From: Tubiluchus corallicola
Taxonomy: Eukaryota > Animalia > Priapulida
Assembly: GCA_030141605.1 (NCBI GenBank)
Contig: JAQGDQ010000157.1
Span: forward strand, 124,001-188,000
DNA length: 64,000 nucleotides
Direction of reading: 5' to 3'
The position numbers and the translations under genes are program-made. Positions 1 through 14,808 of this stretch are shown in pieces. Within the stretch, counting starts at the first letter, position 1, and each line of letters starts with the position of its first letter. The notes beneath the pieces were generated by a model. The model was given only the letters and a program-made list of their open reading frames with translations, ran no database searches and was not told the origin of the DNA.

Positions 1-335
1 TGATTGACGATGATCGTGAAAAGGTTAAGTGTACCAGACAACGCATTTGTGTAGCGCAGTCTAAGCTATTGCAATAGTAACCGTTTTAGCAGTTAGCTAG
101 AACAGTACCTAATTCATTTTTTCTTGTTCCCAAGCAAAATCATGCTAGTAAATCACTCTACACACTGTAATGCATTATTAAGTAAAGTCAACGTAAAACG
201 ACTGAAGTTATTGAGCTGATACAGCAGACGGCTTTGTTTCACCCCACATGTCATGTGACGATTGTAGTTAAGATGCGTTTTTGTGGTACACTTAACCTTT
301 GAATATACAGCAACTGCGCGTGCGCACAACTGAAA
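1..335. mobile_element. MITE family A copy, cut by window edge
   Basis: shares gatgatcgtgaaaagg...gttaagtgtaccagacaacgc...cttgttcccaagcaa...ggtacacttaacctttga with the full copies. Confidence 0.85.
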
Positions 336-1354
336 CTTTGCTTTTTGCGTAACAGCTTTAAACTGCTTTTGACGCGTCTTTCTTCCGCTAGTTTAATTAC
401 AGTGTTTTTAGACTCGAAATTTCTATTGATCTTCTGTTTTGCTATAAACTACACGTAAGTCTTGATGAATCAGGAAATTAAGAATTTATACGACCTTTGA
501 TGCCAATTAAATCAATGAGTCAGGAATTGTCTTGTGGCGTGCGTCATACCTAACTTACACGAATCACTGTGAATCCCATGAATACAATGAAATGTGAAGT
601 GAACCAGCTAAGAGATTTTTGGCTGTTGCATTCCACATATGAAACCCCCCCCCATAATATGAGCCTCCCCCCCCCCCACACACACACAAATGGACCATAG
701 CTTAGCTAGAGTGCCAAAATTTCCTAATGGAATGTTATGATGGGAAAAGTGAACGAACCTGATCTTATTGGAAAAGTTTCCTACGCCACAAATTTATGCC
801 AAATACAAAGTTGCAATATTATTATTATCATTTCATTCGTATAACGTCACTTTACAGCACAACATACATAATTTACATGGTAGTTAACAAATAACAAGAA
901 TGGTTAATTGATTAGTGACTACATTGTTTACAGCGTAAATAAATAATTTACAATTTCTATTAGTTCATAATCAGATAGTGGAACATAGCATAATTTGTTT
1001 AAATAATCCAAAATTTCTAATATCATATGCACATTTGCCATGTCTTGTTCACTTAATCGATTTTTAATAAGCTTTTTATAAACAAAGCTTTTTATATTAT
1101 TGAAGGAAAACAGCGCTTTAAAGTAAAAGAATAACAGAAAATTTTACAGAAACTCTCTTAGGAGCAAGTTTTGTATTTCTGGTAACAAAATGTTGTCTGT
1201 TGCTGTTGCTGCTGCTACAATATCAACAACGACAAGCAAAGGAACACCAGCAAAATAACAACAACAACAACAGCAAAAGCGACGACGACGACAACAGCGA
1301 CAACAACACCAGCAATAACAATCAGAAGCACTACCACACCACAACCAGTATACC

Positions 1355-1466
1355 AGGTTTAGTCTGGGAGGTCGACAGTTCCATACTGGGCCAGGTCGTT
1401 CCAAAGACTAAAAATGGCACCTGCTGTTGCCCTGCCTGGCGCGTGATGTTTAGGGTATAAGCAGGG
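1355..1466 (+). mobile_element. SINE fragment, same family as 31612-31746
   Basis: gtctgggaggtcg...gccaggtcgttccaaagactaaaaatggc...cctggcgcgtgatgtttagggta. Confidence 0.6.
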
Positions 1467-1995
1467 TAATAATAGTCTCTGTTATGTAGTTGTAGATTGT
1501 TATTTGCAGTTAGTCCAAAAGCTCCTTAGAACTTGTATTAAGCAGTAGTAGCAGCAGTAACAGTAATAGTAGTAGTAAAACAACTACAATTATTACCACA
1601 ACCACCCACCACTACTACTGTTGCTGCTGCTGCTGCTGCTGCTGCTATTGCTACCGTCGGTGCTGCCACCACCCCCATTATCACTAGTTAAACTACTACG
1701 ACATAAAGACCTGCGGAAGCAGGAAGAACTTGACGACATGCGAATTTAATGCCAAAATAATTCTCATGGGAATAAGTTAGGCAAATTTAAGTAATTGAAA
1801 ATTAAATATTAATGTCAAGTAACGCTTTCAGCACAACAGGTGTGAGATACGTATTGATTAATTCACGCTGCCTTGTCTGATAGTGTGCAAGAATTACTTA
1901 AACAGTTTCGTCATTGAAGAAATTTATGAGTCTGTAACTATGACTGAGCATTCTATGAAATTCCTCCTGACGCTGAGCGTTTTCATTTCATTATG

Positions 1996-2902
1996 TTAAA
2001 GGAAAACAGGATGATTTTTAATATGCTACCCCATTTTCAAGTACGGTAAAAAGTATACATTTTAACACAATTAATACTGCAAACGCGTTTCTGATAATTA
2101 AATAATAGATTAAATCTTAATTAATGGCGGGCGAGCCCAACTATTGATAACATCACAAACTAACGTAATTTTCAACAGCAAAAATATTCCACGAGCGTGT
2201 TGCACGTATTTGCAAAAGGGAAGATTGAAGTACAGTGCTACTGTAAGATATTCAGTGTGTTGAACTAAAACTAAGCAAGTTTTAAGATAAAATTAACATT
2301 TCAAATTTCCCGCTGTGAACACGCGTGAGTTGTCAAATGTGTGTAATTCGTCACAAACTAACACATCTGAACTGAGAGGTACAGCACCTGTTTTTTTTGT
2401 GCAACGCGTTTTTGAAATACAGGCGCAAATCTTAAACTGTAGGTCAAAACAATCTACTATTTAAAATATTGAAAGGAAACATACTATTTTTTCAAAAACG
2501 ACTTACGAGAAAGAATTATTACCACATAAACACAATTTCACGTTCGCGCCACCAGTTCCTCGCTGTTACATGCGTTTCGCCACCCACATTTTGGAAACGC
2601 ATCGCACAAGAACAGGTGCTGTACCTCTCAGTTTAAATGTGTTAGTTTGTGACGAACTACACACGTTCGACAATTTTCGCTTTCGCAAACACGTGCAACA
2701 CGCTCGTGGATATTTTTGCTGTTGAAAATTATGTTAGTTTGTGATGTTATCAATAGTTTGGCTCGCTAGCCGTTAATTAAGTTTTTAATCTATAATTTAA
2801 TTATCAGAACCGCTTTTGCAATATTAATTGTTTTAAAATATATACTTTTTATCGGCCTTGAAAATGGGGTAATATTTGAAAACTCATCATGTCTTCCTTT
2901 AA
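1996..2902. mobile_element. Family B (TTAA-flanked, Kolobok-like) composite foldback element
   Basis: TTAA-aggaaaaca ... tgtcttcct-TTAA; two family B copies fused in inverted orientation. Confidence 0.8.
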
Positions 2903-3433
2903 GAGCTCAAATCAGGAACCAAAATGTGAAAATTAGAGCATCCACTTTTAGCCCATCTTAACTCGCAAACGCAGAAGGCTAGACGTACAAAACTCGCAAG
3001 GAGGACACCTGAGGTAGGGACCTTGAAAGTGTTGTGGTGAATGGCGACCCCACTGGCCATCGGTCAATTTTTCGCTTGTAATTCAACTCCTTCTAAGGAA
3101 ATTCATTTTTTTCTTAAATACTTAGTGTCGGGTAGTAGTGTACCTCTAGTCAAGTTTTAAACACTTGCATGCTCGAATTGGAATTGTTTAAGCATCCGAG
3201 GTAGGAGTCGAAATATGAAAATTAGGCAAACTCCTCAATCACGTACGAGTAAACCGCGCCGAACCAGGTACAGTCAAGTAATAATTAGCCACGTGCACCG
3301 TGCGTGCTGATTAGTCATACCTGAGCGTAATAATCTACAAGAATTGACATGAGTTAACCACACTCGACCAGGTATAATCAGGCATAACGCTCACGGATTT
3401 GAATCTGTAATCTTTCAGTCTTGTTTATTACAG

Positions 3434-3565
3434 GTTGTGTCCAGACACGAATGTGATGAACCCTCATAAAAGCATTGTGCCTGGTCTGGGAAATTATGAC
3501 GTCAATGTAATCATGGCTGCCTTGCACATGAATGGCTGTGAAGCTGTCTGGTTTGATAAAAGAAG
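3434..3565 (+). CDS. JOSD: Josephin-domain deubiquitinase (JOSD1/2-like), internal coding exon; upstream exon with the catalytic Cys lies outside the window
   Basis: tattacag| acceptor and AG|gtaag donor; translates [43 protein letters not shown], matching the Josephin [12 protein letters not shown]...AVWxDKRR motif; phase 2/2. Confidence 0.95.
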
Positions 3566-4131
3566 GTAAGTAGTGTCTGTAGCATTGGTATCTGCATCTA
3601 CTAAAATTGTTATTGAACAACATGTGTTTGTGTACTTTAATGGCAAGATATTTTCTTGTACGTCTTTGTTTAGGATTAGTATTAAGTCCATGGAAAAATG
3701 GTACCACGTGCGGATAGACTAGTCGTTATGAACTTTAGGTTGGTAAGGGAATCAGTACTGAACTGTAGCATCGGGCTGGCGCTAAAGAACTTGACAAACA
3801 TAAACGTTTTTAACCTGGTTTACAGGTTTTAGGAAATTTTTATAGATTTACAAAAGTTATATCTTCCGACTTTATGCGGAGTTGGGTTGTCTGCTCTGCG
3901 ATAAAATTGTGTTTGTGCCGACACGGTTGTACATTTTCTATCTGGCTGTGATGCCCTGAAACCACTAACACAGCAGACGAATGGTCGTGAAACAGAAAGC
4001 TGAGCCACAGGTAAAAAGTGTACAGTGCCAGCAAAAGGTAGTTTTTAAAACGACCAAAATTCAACTATTGGTTTGGCTGCCGATTAAACTAGTTACTAGA
4101 CCTCCAAGTATGTGTAAATGTAAAATTTGTA

Positions 4132-4503
<372 letters not shown>

Positions 4504-5399
4504 AGTAAAGACAACTTCATGAATATGTGGACGTTTCTGTCTCACAAACTTAAAGCTTAAACAACGTTATGCTTATACGAATAACAAGTTCAAATTTCTC
4601 TATTCATTAGTAAGCAATGTCAACAAAGACGCGTTAACTGCAACATTCGTCTAGCGGTGCCCCTGGAATAGCTGAAATATCATTAACTGATCTCTTTATT
4701 GCGCACGTCCCACAATTACTGTCAGATCTCATTGAAAAATCTCTTTATTGCAGCATGCTGCACCAACTAAACGATTGATCTACTAAGCGCTAACGGTTAA
4801 ACTTCGATATAAAACATCTGATAGCTGTTAATAGACGGTTGAATGAGACTCTTTAATCTTCTAAATTATACTTCCCATTGAAGCCAACACGCAACGGAGC
4901 GTGAAGCCATACAAAGCGGCTGGGTTTCAAACATGACGTAATCTATCTTGTATTCACAACTATCACAAGCGCTGAATGACCTCTATCAGCTCTCATTTCC
5001 GTAACCCTTTCATACCGGAATTGAGATCAGTCAGGAGGCGAGCTATACTCATATTTATATTCATGTATGCTTGAAGTGGTAGGACATTGGCGCCTAATTT
5101 TAGGATATGATTCCCTTTTGTTTAGCAAATTTCTCACCCTGCGGTGGCTCACCCTGTTGCAAAACTTTCGAACTACTTCTGTGGGTACAAAATGATTGTT
5201 TGAGTTGCATCGGGAGAGCAACAGTACAATCATGAACACCAGAGCAAAAATACTCAGTGTAATATACAAAAACTCGGCGAATTTCAAGTTTACCGCTAAC
5301 AAAAAAAGGACAAAGACACTTATTTACAGTCGCTGGGACAACAGACAACATGAGCCATAGGCTACTATAAGCGACTCTTAATGAATACAACAACAAGGC

Positions 5400-5497
5400 C
5401 ACAAATAAATAACACAGATAACATTGTGAGATATTCGAACTCGGGCTGCAAGCAGAGAAGCACCCACAGTCCATTACCTTAACCACTCAGCCACCCG
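5400..5497 (-). mobile_element. tRNA-like Pol III head (SINE or pseudo-tRNA)
   Basis: reverse complement gggtggctgagtggttaagg (A box) ... gagttcgaatatc (B box); no intact cloverleaf. Confidence 0.5.
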
Positions 5498-5557
5498 TAC
5501 TGACGCTATACTCACGCTGAACTCCCGAATGTGTGCACTATCTCATAACCGAACACC

Positions 5558-5800
5558 TCTGAACTGAGAGGTACAACGCCTATTTTTGCGCAATACGTTT
5601 CCCAGATGGAGGCGCTAGTGCCCATCTAACTAAGGAATTGGTAAGTGCATGTAATTAGCCGCGCGAACGCGAAATTGCATTTCTGTGGTAATAATGCTTT
5701 CACATAAGTCATTCTTGAAAAACCATTATGTTCCCTTTCAATATTTTATATAAGTAGTTTGTTTTGAGTTATAGTTTAAGATTGGGTACATTTTTCTTTT
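5558..5800 (+). mobile_element. Family B right-half fragment
   Basis: ctgaactgagaggtaca...cgaacgcgaaattgc...agtttaagattggg shared with 9565-10120. Confidence 0.75.
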
Positions 5801-6720
5801 CACCTCAGCTGCACAATAGTATTTGAAATTTTGAATGGCTGTTTTAGGTTAAGATTACTATTGGAATTCTTGTAAAAAACAGCTGCAGTACGTTCAGAAG
5901 CTTTACTCACTGCAATAATCGTCGCATCCGTTTCGTTTCCTGCATTTCCTGTCATTTTATTGTCAAACGCTGTTTCAAATTTATGCGTTACATCCCCTGA
6001 GATTGCCATAGTTAATCATGCCAAAAATCTAGAATACGCTGAACGGAATCATTTCTTTATCCAGCTTTATGCTTACCGATATTTTACGCTGATAAAATTA
6101 CATCGGGCGAAATGGGAAGGGAAAATTCGTTTAGGTAATGCGATATTTGTCTGAAAGAATTGATTATAGATGTACAAGATAAGATGGTAAGCCAAGCAGG
6201 ATCACGTGAAACGATGTAATAGGTCTAATTAATTTTCCTTCGTTCCTCTTATCTGTGCAATTCTTTACCAAAAATTTTCCCATTGTTAACTACAACCTTG
6301 GCTGCTTTAACTAACACCTATTATTAGTATCGTTCATGTATTATGTTTTTGAGTGAGTTAAAGGAACCGAAGGAAGTACATCAACAGAAACGCAGTCTGT
6401 ACCTAAAGTTCGTACATTTATATGATAAAAATGCTGGTAATTTTTGTTACTAATGTTTGTACATTTTATATGGGAGAAAAACGTACATGTGGTACCTGCG
6501 CATGCGCGCGAGTAACCCAATGCTTCGCATTCTGGACTCGTTCTCTTTACTTTCTTAAGTACAACTGATATTCAACAGGAACCTCGTGTATAGCAGCTCA
6601 CGTCACAGGAAAATACTTAACTTGCGTCCATTTGTTGAACATATGATAAACATTTGTCGAACATTTGGTTTATGAACACACTTCTCACCCATGTACATGT
6701 ATATTTGACGTTTTGCTCAA

Positions 6721-7091
6721 TAAGCCTTTTCACAGTTTCGTTGTGGACACAGCAAGTGTACCACAGCAACGCGTCTTAATTACAGCCGTCAAGTGATATC
6801 TGGGGGTGAAGCAAAGCCGTCTGCCGCATCAATTCAGTAATTTCAGTTGTTTTACGTGGGCTTTACTTAATTTTGCATTAGTCTGTACATAAAGTGGTTT
6901 ACTAGCAGGATCTTGCTTAGGAATAAGAAAAAATGAACTAGGTAAGGTTATAGCTAGCTGTTAAAGATGTTACAATTACAGTAGCATGCGCTGAGAGGCG
7001 TTGGCAAGTGTACACAATTGCTTTGTCTGGTACACTTAATTTTTGACCTTTTCACGATCATCATCAATCGCTGGACCTGTGAAAAGGCTTA
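6721..7091. mobile_element. MITE family A, near full-length copy
   Basis: TIR taagccttttcacag ... ctgtgaaaaggctta; flanks aat/att; no ORF. Confidence 0.9.
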
Positions 7092-7644
7092 TTAAAGTAC
7101 TCAATCGCCCATAATTTCTTGTGACGTGTTACAGTTTTGTATCTGAAAATATTACTTTTACGTTTACTCAACTACAAATTTTCTGTGCACATTTACCATT
7201 AAAATTTCCATGTCTCTAGAAACCTCTCCTCAGCTTAGCGAATTCTACATGATATACGGCGCCGCAACCGCACATTCACGGCAACTTTCTCATCCCGAAA
7301 TTTACATTTCACGTTGAACTGATCCGCAGCGGACCGGGGGACGTGCTTCTAATGCTCAATACGTCTTAGCCTTGTTAAACGCTGGCTGCTTTATTGCCCT
7401 TTTTGTTCTCTAGACAGTCGTAGCGATTTTAATTAACTAGAAACGTTTATTTAACTGTCGTTTTCTGACACACATCCTGGGAATTATCTGAGATCGCCAT
7501 CCGGTCACGTCTTGCTTTTATGATCAATTACTAGTTGATGCTGTAGCTGAGGAAACAATAAATGCAAACTGGTCACGTTTTAGAAGAAAAAGTTCTTTAA
7601 TGCATACTGTCATTGGGATTGTTGTCGTCGTGGGCGCCTTTGTC

Positions 7645-7765
7645 GTTGGTTGTTGTTGTTGTTGATGTTTATGTTGTTGTTGTTGTTATTGTTGTTGTTG
7701 TTGTTGTTCTTCTTCTTCTTCTTCTTCTTCTTCTTGTTGCTATTGCTGTTGCTGCTGTTGTCATA
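7645..7765. repeat. (GTT)n/(CTT)n microsatellite
   Basis: directly visible. Confidence 0.9.
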
Positions 7766-9524
7766 GTAACGGTCCCCGTTGCACAAACTGCGATAATGTC
7801 TTTTCTTCTGCCGTTGTTGCCGTTGCTTTGTTGTTGTCACAGTCACCATGATGTCCTTTTGAGATAGAAATTAATATTGTTTTCTCTGCAGTCACAGTCA
7901 CGCTGCAGCTGTGTTCTCGCTGTAGGTTGTTACTATCGCCATGGTTACTGTGGTCGTCTTATCATGACCGTTCTCCTCGTGATCGTCTACTTACTACGAC
8001 CTTTACCGAAGTAGCCTTCAATGCATGCTTCTACTCTAAACATTTCTAAAGAAAACTAAACTTTAAATGAACAATGGTGACGATAATATGAATCACGTTG
8101 TTTTTGACTACAATTGATGATTATTGCTATTGAGGCCTTCTTCTTGTTGGTTGTTATTGCTATTGTTGTTGGTTATTTGTTGATGATGCTGTCGCTGATG
8201 TTAATGATAATGACGACAGTAACGGCAATCATAATGCCGTGAAAATGATGACTGCAGTGATGATGGCTATAATACGACAACGAAAATAATGATGATGACG
8301 ATGGTGTTGGTGATTACGCGGATAAAAAGATGATTATGCGACAATGTGATGCTGAACATTGATCAAGTACCACGTCCTATGAAGAGCTCAGAGCAACTGT
8401 CCATTATAATAATCTCAATGTAGTTATTCATTTCCAGAACTGCCGCCAGGTTAAACAGCAACTTATTGATTGACGGCATTTATTTACCATGACGCTTAAA
8501 TTGCCTTTTTGTGTGTTGGATGTAATTGGCCAATCTGGGCATTAGAAGTAAACAACACGTAGGTGCCTATATTTATCCTAGTAAGTTCTTGGTGTCCTCT
8601 GCCTTTTAGAGACTGATATGCCATCTCCTAGTCCATGGGTTAAATTTCAACAACAGTGGTGGAAAGTGGTGGAAAATAGGAATAACCATAAAATTTAAGT
8701 ACAACAGAACAATATCGTGAAGCCATTACTCCCATGAGCCTTTACGTGAACAACGTTTTAGCTCTAGCTGATAATCCTGTGGACGCATACAAGGCGAACG
8801 ATTTAGAACGTGTCTGCTCATCTGGAAGAAGCCGCTTGGTAACTTATAGAACTGAATCCTTCACTTAAGTCTCCTCCGTTGTATTCAAATGCTACTCTGG
8901 ATTCTCTTATCCGCTCAAGACTCATAGACTTCTTGTGGAAATTGACTGATGAGGCAGAGATCACGACATACGCGCGCTAGGTGCTGATGGCGCAGTTCAA
9001 GGTGAAGGGCATGTGGCATGTGCCATGTCATTGGGAAAAAATTGCATTTGTCAAAAACAAGACGGTTTTAAGGATATTAACAATGAACCTTTATTAATTA
9101 TATCTCATTCACCAGTATACTAAGCTAGTAAACAATTTAAAGTCTGATTGTTTCAAGTTATTATAATTATTATGTGATCAATTTGAATATTGTTCGTGTT
9201 AGACTAATTTCTTCTTTGTTAAGTTCTTACCCTGCATGTTTGTAATTATTAGTCAGTAAATCTAAATCTTATCCTGTAATACCTGGATATTTCCTAAACG
9301 ATTGATATTTCATTTCTAATCATACCTCAGTATAAGGATTTAAACAGTTTTTGTATTTAAGGAAAATTTCAGACCACTAAGTGTCATTTGTGTCCTTGAT
9401 ATGAAATTTTATGTCTTTAAGACCAAAATCTAAACTAAAAATTATACCAAGCTAAAATGCTAACACTGGACACGAAAGGTTTCATGAACACAGTCTTCTA
9501 AGAACAACTTACAACTTGGTTTAA

Positions 9525-10120
9525 AACCACGTTGATTTTTCATATACTACCCCATTTTGAAATTTAAGACAGGTTGATTTTTCATATACCACCCCATTTT
9601 CAAGTATGGTAAAAAGTATACATTTTAACACAATTAATACTACAAAAGCGTTTCTGATGCTTAAATAATGGATTCAAATCTTAATTAACGGCGGGCGAAC
9701 CCAACTATTGATGGCATGGGTAGATTGAAGTACAGTGCTACAGTAAGATATTCAGCGTGTTGTACTGAAACTAGGCAAGTTTTAAGATAAAAATTTAAAT
9801 TTCAAATTTACCGCTGTGCTCACGCATGAGCTGTCGGACGTGTGTAGTTCGTCACAAACTAACTCATCTGAACTGAGAGGTACAGCATGTGATTTTTGTG
9901 CAACGAGTTTCCGAAATGCAGGCGCTAGTACCCGTCTAACTAGGGAAAGATGAAATGCATGTAACAGCGAAGAACTAGTGGCGCGAACGCGAAATTGCGT
10001 TTGTGTGGTGATAATTCTTTCACGTAAGTCATTTTTGAAAAAATAGTATGCTTCCTTTCAATATTTTAAGGAGTATATTGTTTTGACCTACAGTTTAAGA
10101 TTGGGTTCGGTTTTGTTTAA
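9525..10120 (+). mobile_element. Family B Kolobok-like non-autonomous element with a duplicated left end
   Basis: gatttttcatatacyaccccatttt twice at the left; ends cggttttgtTTAA. Confidence 0.8.
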
Positions 10121-10596
10121 GCTTGCAGCCGTCTTGCCTTTGTTAACTAAGCTTTGAATCGATTAAATTTCCCATGCCTTTGCCAGCCCAATTTTTAAAA
10201 ACTAGCCATCCGAGCCGTTAGGTTACCTGAACCCAAAGAACTTTCTTTACGTATGGATGCGCCTTCTAATTACTAATTTTACTTTCACCTTGATTTCATT
10301 CAGCGGCTTAGATCCGCCTCGTCTTTGTTAACACAGCTTCTTAGAATTGGCTTCAGGCGTTGGCAGTTCATTTGCACGGTTAAATAGTTCAGATGATTAC
10401 GACTCCCACACTGTCATGAGCTGTAGATAATGTTATAGGTGACGGTTCTTGAATTATAATTGCCTGACTGTCAGGGTCACCCGGGCCACAAATTATTGTG
10501 ATTTTTTTCATTTTTTGAAGTTTTCAATCATCATATCTGTGTTCATTTACTTTTTGTAGGACTTCTGATTGCTTTCTTACAGACGCCTTTTTCTAA

Positions 10597-11142
10597 TTAA
10601 AGGAAAGAACAAGTCACTTAGTATGTTGGCTTTATTTTACTGTTATCACTTAAACTTGGAAAAATATGACAAAGAAATTTGCAAAGAACTGCCTATAAAG
10701 CATAAATTTAAAATGTACTATCGCTGAATAGGAATTTTCAGGCGTGGTGGTTGCCGACCATTCGCTTGAAAATTATGACGTAGATGGGAGACCATAGTGA
10801 CTTTCCGTAAGGGTGCGCTGCTTAAATTCATTAAAACTTCTCCAGCTTACCTAATATTCACGTAAAAATATTACAAAATTAGCTGTCTAATTTTTTGTAA
10901 AAACTTATTATACTTTTAACGAAGACTGACAGTGCGCTACTTTTCTTCAGGACGAATGACGTCACTGGAAGAAGAATTGGCATTGAAAATGGGAGTGCAT
11001 AAGCATGAAGTGATCGCGACTTTAAAGTGATTTTATTATTTAAACGAGACGCTTGTTGCGCTTTTATTACTAAATCCTTCTAACATTTTCATCGAACATT
11101 GAAATAAGCCTGACTTTCCAGAAGGCTTGCCCTTTCCTTTAG
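10597..11142 (+). mobile_element. Family C TTAA-flanked (Kolobok-like) element
   Basis: TTAAaggaaagaacaag ... cttgccctttcctTTAG; paralogous to 17076-17449. Confidence 0.78.
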
Positions 11143-11184
11143 AGACACTGAGGTACTATCCCTTGAAACAAGGCCTAGCATATG

Positions 11185-11670
11185 TAACTAGTATCTTCAT
11201 GTGCAGTAATGAAATGTGGAAATTAATGACTGCAACATAGGAAGCAAAAATAAATGTATTTCAGTCAGAAAAGCCTACTCAGAAAAATATTAAAAATAAA
11301 ATAGCCATCTATCATTTCAAATGAGCAGCTGTATAACAGAACCAAAGAGGAACATTGGAGCATTAAAATCAGAATCAGAAGACTAAGATGGGTAGGGCAT
11401 TTAATGAGATTGCCAGAAACAACACCAGTAAGATTACTATTAAACGAGGAACTGAAACCTACTAAACGACCTTGAAGCAAATCAAAAACAACCTGGATAT
11501 CAACAATTAATAAAGATTTACAACAGCTTAGACCAGACATAACAATAGCATCACAGGAGCTGAAAATCTCAGCTGCAGACAGGAAACAGTGGGGTGCTGT
11601 AATAAAGGATAGAAGCTCGATGTCTACAATAGACCAACAGGAGAAGCAACAGGAGAAGAAGAAGAAGAAG
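11185..11670 (+). mobile_element. RTE-clade LINE 3' fragment (degenerate)
   Basis: frame reads LLRKILKIK*PSIISNEQLYNRTK..WSIKIRIRRLRWVGHLMRLPETTP...TTW...AADRKQW, a typical RTE ORF C-terminus, with stops; followed by a (GAA)n tail. Confidence 0.85.
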
Positions 11671-13340
11671 ATGCACAATGGTGGCTTCTCGCTTTTTAGT
11701 GAAATAATTATGTGTTGATTGTTCGTCATGTCATCGTTGTTGAAAGGCGAGTAATTGGGTGTAAAATTAATGCATTTTCAGATAAATAGAGAAAGCATTA
11801 GTCTTTTGGGGGTGGTGATAGCTCAGTGGTGTCGCACAGAAAAAGCTGTAAGGAGCAAGCCATGATCCATAATCAGTAAACCATAAGCCGTCTTCCATCT
11901 TCCTTAAGACGGTATGCGCCAACTGCAGCTTGCCTACCGTAAGCCGTCAGCAATTAATTGAGCCCTTTTTAAAGAGATAATTCAGCATACTTCTACTCCT
12001 GTTCTGTAGTAACTTTTCACGGTAAATTAATTTCACTTAATCGTTGGAGGCACCTCAGCTGGCGGAGGCTCCTGGGAAGCAGCCTATAAAGCCCATGCCT
12101 TAATCCGGGATTGGAAATGTGGAAAATATCTAATGTGAAAGCGTGGAAAGGTGGAAAATGTGACTCAATTGCTATTGTTGTTGTTAGCACGTGCTGTCGA
12201 GAACAAGACTAAATTCTGCACAGTGCTTTCGGCACCATGACGAGAACTTGAATTTCATTTTTGATTCGTTTGCTTGTTTTCTGCTCAGTTAAGATGGGAG
12301 AGGCGTTATATCAAACTAAATGTACATAAAAGGTCGTTCTCGAAATGTTTATAAATAATACCTGTTGTCCAATTTGGTGATGCCTGTATATAGTGAATGA
12401 ACAATAACTAAAACGTCATGATGTACTTATTTAAGTTCAACAATATACATTTCATAATAACAATTCTGTACGTGAAATAAAACAAAGTAAAGTAAAGTAA
12501 AGATATTAGTAGACGTCACAGCAATAACAGTTTACAATTTCTGTATATCATTTTGGGAAAACTTATATTCCCTATAATGCGGACAAACTATACCCCATTC
12601 GTACAGTGCACTCATTTGGGGAAAAACCTGTACCGTCACTCTATGGCAGATGAAGTTTTTCAAATTCTTAATTTTTGCCTCTATAGGTACTTCCTACAGT
12701 TATTTACATAAGACAAATAGTAATATGCTACTTCGGAAATGTATTTCCAACACGTGCAGCGGTGCAGGTACCGTGTTGCAACACAGTATTTGAAGTGTTT
12801 ACGGGTGACATAATAAGAGTCTATTTTTATGGTTAAAGTGATGCCTGGTCTAGCCAAAGCTTTCACAAAAGTTTCTCAGATTCTTGTTGTTCAAATTCGT
12901 TTTGCTCGCGTTTGTATTTTATGATTTCCCCTATATCGATCATTGACTGTTCTCAGCTGTATACGTGTTTCATTTGATGCTCCTCTATGAGTTTCGTAAA
13001 CAATTAAAGCCAGTCCCAGCATTAGAAACCTGATCACGTGCAAAACGCTGAGAGATCTGGATCGCTTTCTCAGCTATAAAAGTACAGCAGACGCATTTCA
13101 TACGTATAATTAGAAGACGCAGTGATATGAGCGCGCTGCAGGTGTCACAGGGCCTTAAGAAATCAATCAATAAATCAATTTATTTCACTTCAGAATTGCT
13201 AATAATGTGCAGAAGATTTTTCCAATGTTGGGTAGAAAGATTCAGATTATTTACGCATATTTTTTATTTACTTGCTGTCGATTTTTTGTGAAGATTTCTT
13301 TACCTATCTTTACTTACTATAGATTCTTTGCAGATGTAAG

Positions 13341-14345
13341 CAGGGCCGGCTCTAGATAGTTTGGAGCCCTAGGCAAAAGTATTTTTACACCCCCTCCTGA
13401 ACGGTCACACAGTCTCCACGCTGCCCCTAAAAATATGTCTTTGTTGTACATAATAAAATATAACGGTACGTGCGTGTTAGTAACCTATTTACAGCTTGTG
13501 TCGATTGAATTTGAAATTAAACTTTCACCAGGTTTTTCACCAGCAACCAAAATTTCAACAATTTCTGTTGCACACTCTTTAAATCATACTTTTTGCTAGT
13601 ATTTCCTTCAACGTTTTCACCACAAGATTTTTTATAACTGCAACTAGTATTTTCCACGTACACGCATTTCACTAGTTTCATTTCATTATCTTTACTATCA
13701 CAACTGTGGTCTGGTCATAAACTTACCTTTCGTTTCGCTTCTAAAGACTTCGATTCTTGTAGGTTTATCAGCCATAATTAGATAAATGTTATTGCAAGAA
13801 ACTTTTTCTTATTGTCTTATTATCGGAAGAGGTCGTAAATTGGCTCTGTTACTCTGACTCTGATGCATACAATATAAACTGTAAACAAAAGCACGGTAAC
13901 CCATCAGTAATATCTGCAAGAAATGATAAGAAGCCAGGTAACGCAAAAGTAGAAAGTGTTTTGCTCCGAGACCGAAAGACACCGCCGAGTTAGCGTCGAT
14001 TAATCATACATTTTGATAGAAGCAGCAAAATTAGTTCGTTTCGTTTAATTAAAGTGCCGTACGCTTACGAATTACACATACATTATAGTGTACTGAATTA
14101 AAAGTAAAATTAAGTTAAATTAATTACAATGTGTTATTAGTTATGATATATTTAAAAATTAAAAAATTACTTGCAGAATTTGGCCCAGTTTGCCTAGTGG
14201 TAGAGCCGGCACTGGTTTTGTTGCGGGAATTTTGAGGCTCTGCAGTTTTTTGAGCAAAACAGCTCATGTACATTTTTATATACGCGCCCTCAAGATATGC
14301 GCCCTTGGCAACTGCCTAGTTTGCCTAGTGGTAGACCCGGCCCTG
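13341..14345. mobile_element. hAT-like MITE
   Basis: TIR cagggccggctctag / gtagacccggccctg; degenerate 8 bp flanks gatgtaag / gctataac; a second right-end copy near 14185-14214. Confidence 0.7.
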
Positions 14346-14626
14346 GCTATAACTCCCTAAGCAGTTGTCGTTAATTAGTCCCTTCACACAATATATTTTT
14401 ACTATAATAAGCACTTGCAAATGAAGTGATCAATGGCGGCTTTAATGATGGATTGAACACAGTAATCACAAGCTGAGAAGTGGCGGAGGTAGTTCATTAC
14501 GTGGTAATTTAGATTATAAATTGGCTAATGATTTCGTTAGCACTGCAACGCGAAACACGAGCTCAGTAAGGTAATTAATGTCAGTGTTGAAATGGGTAGA
14601 TTTATCGCGCTCACTTACGTCAATGT

Positions 14627-14808
<182 letters not shown>

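Noticed and set aside
8820-10415. Possible nested minus-strand exons in the JOSD intron (RAYVVISASSVNFHKKSMSLERIRES...* near 8820-8977; cag|gtaac-bounded segment near 10227-10411)
   Set aside because: Weak acceptor, stops in the candidate frames, no recognisable homology, and no consistent multi-exon model could be built.
11265-11729. 154 aa minus-strand ORF
   Set aside because: It is the antisense shadow of the + strand RTE LINE fragment.
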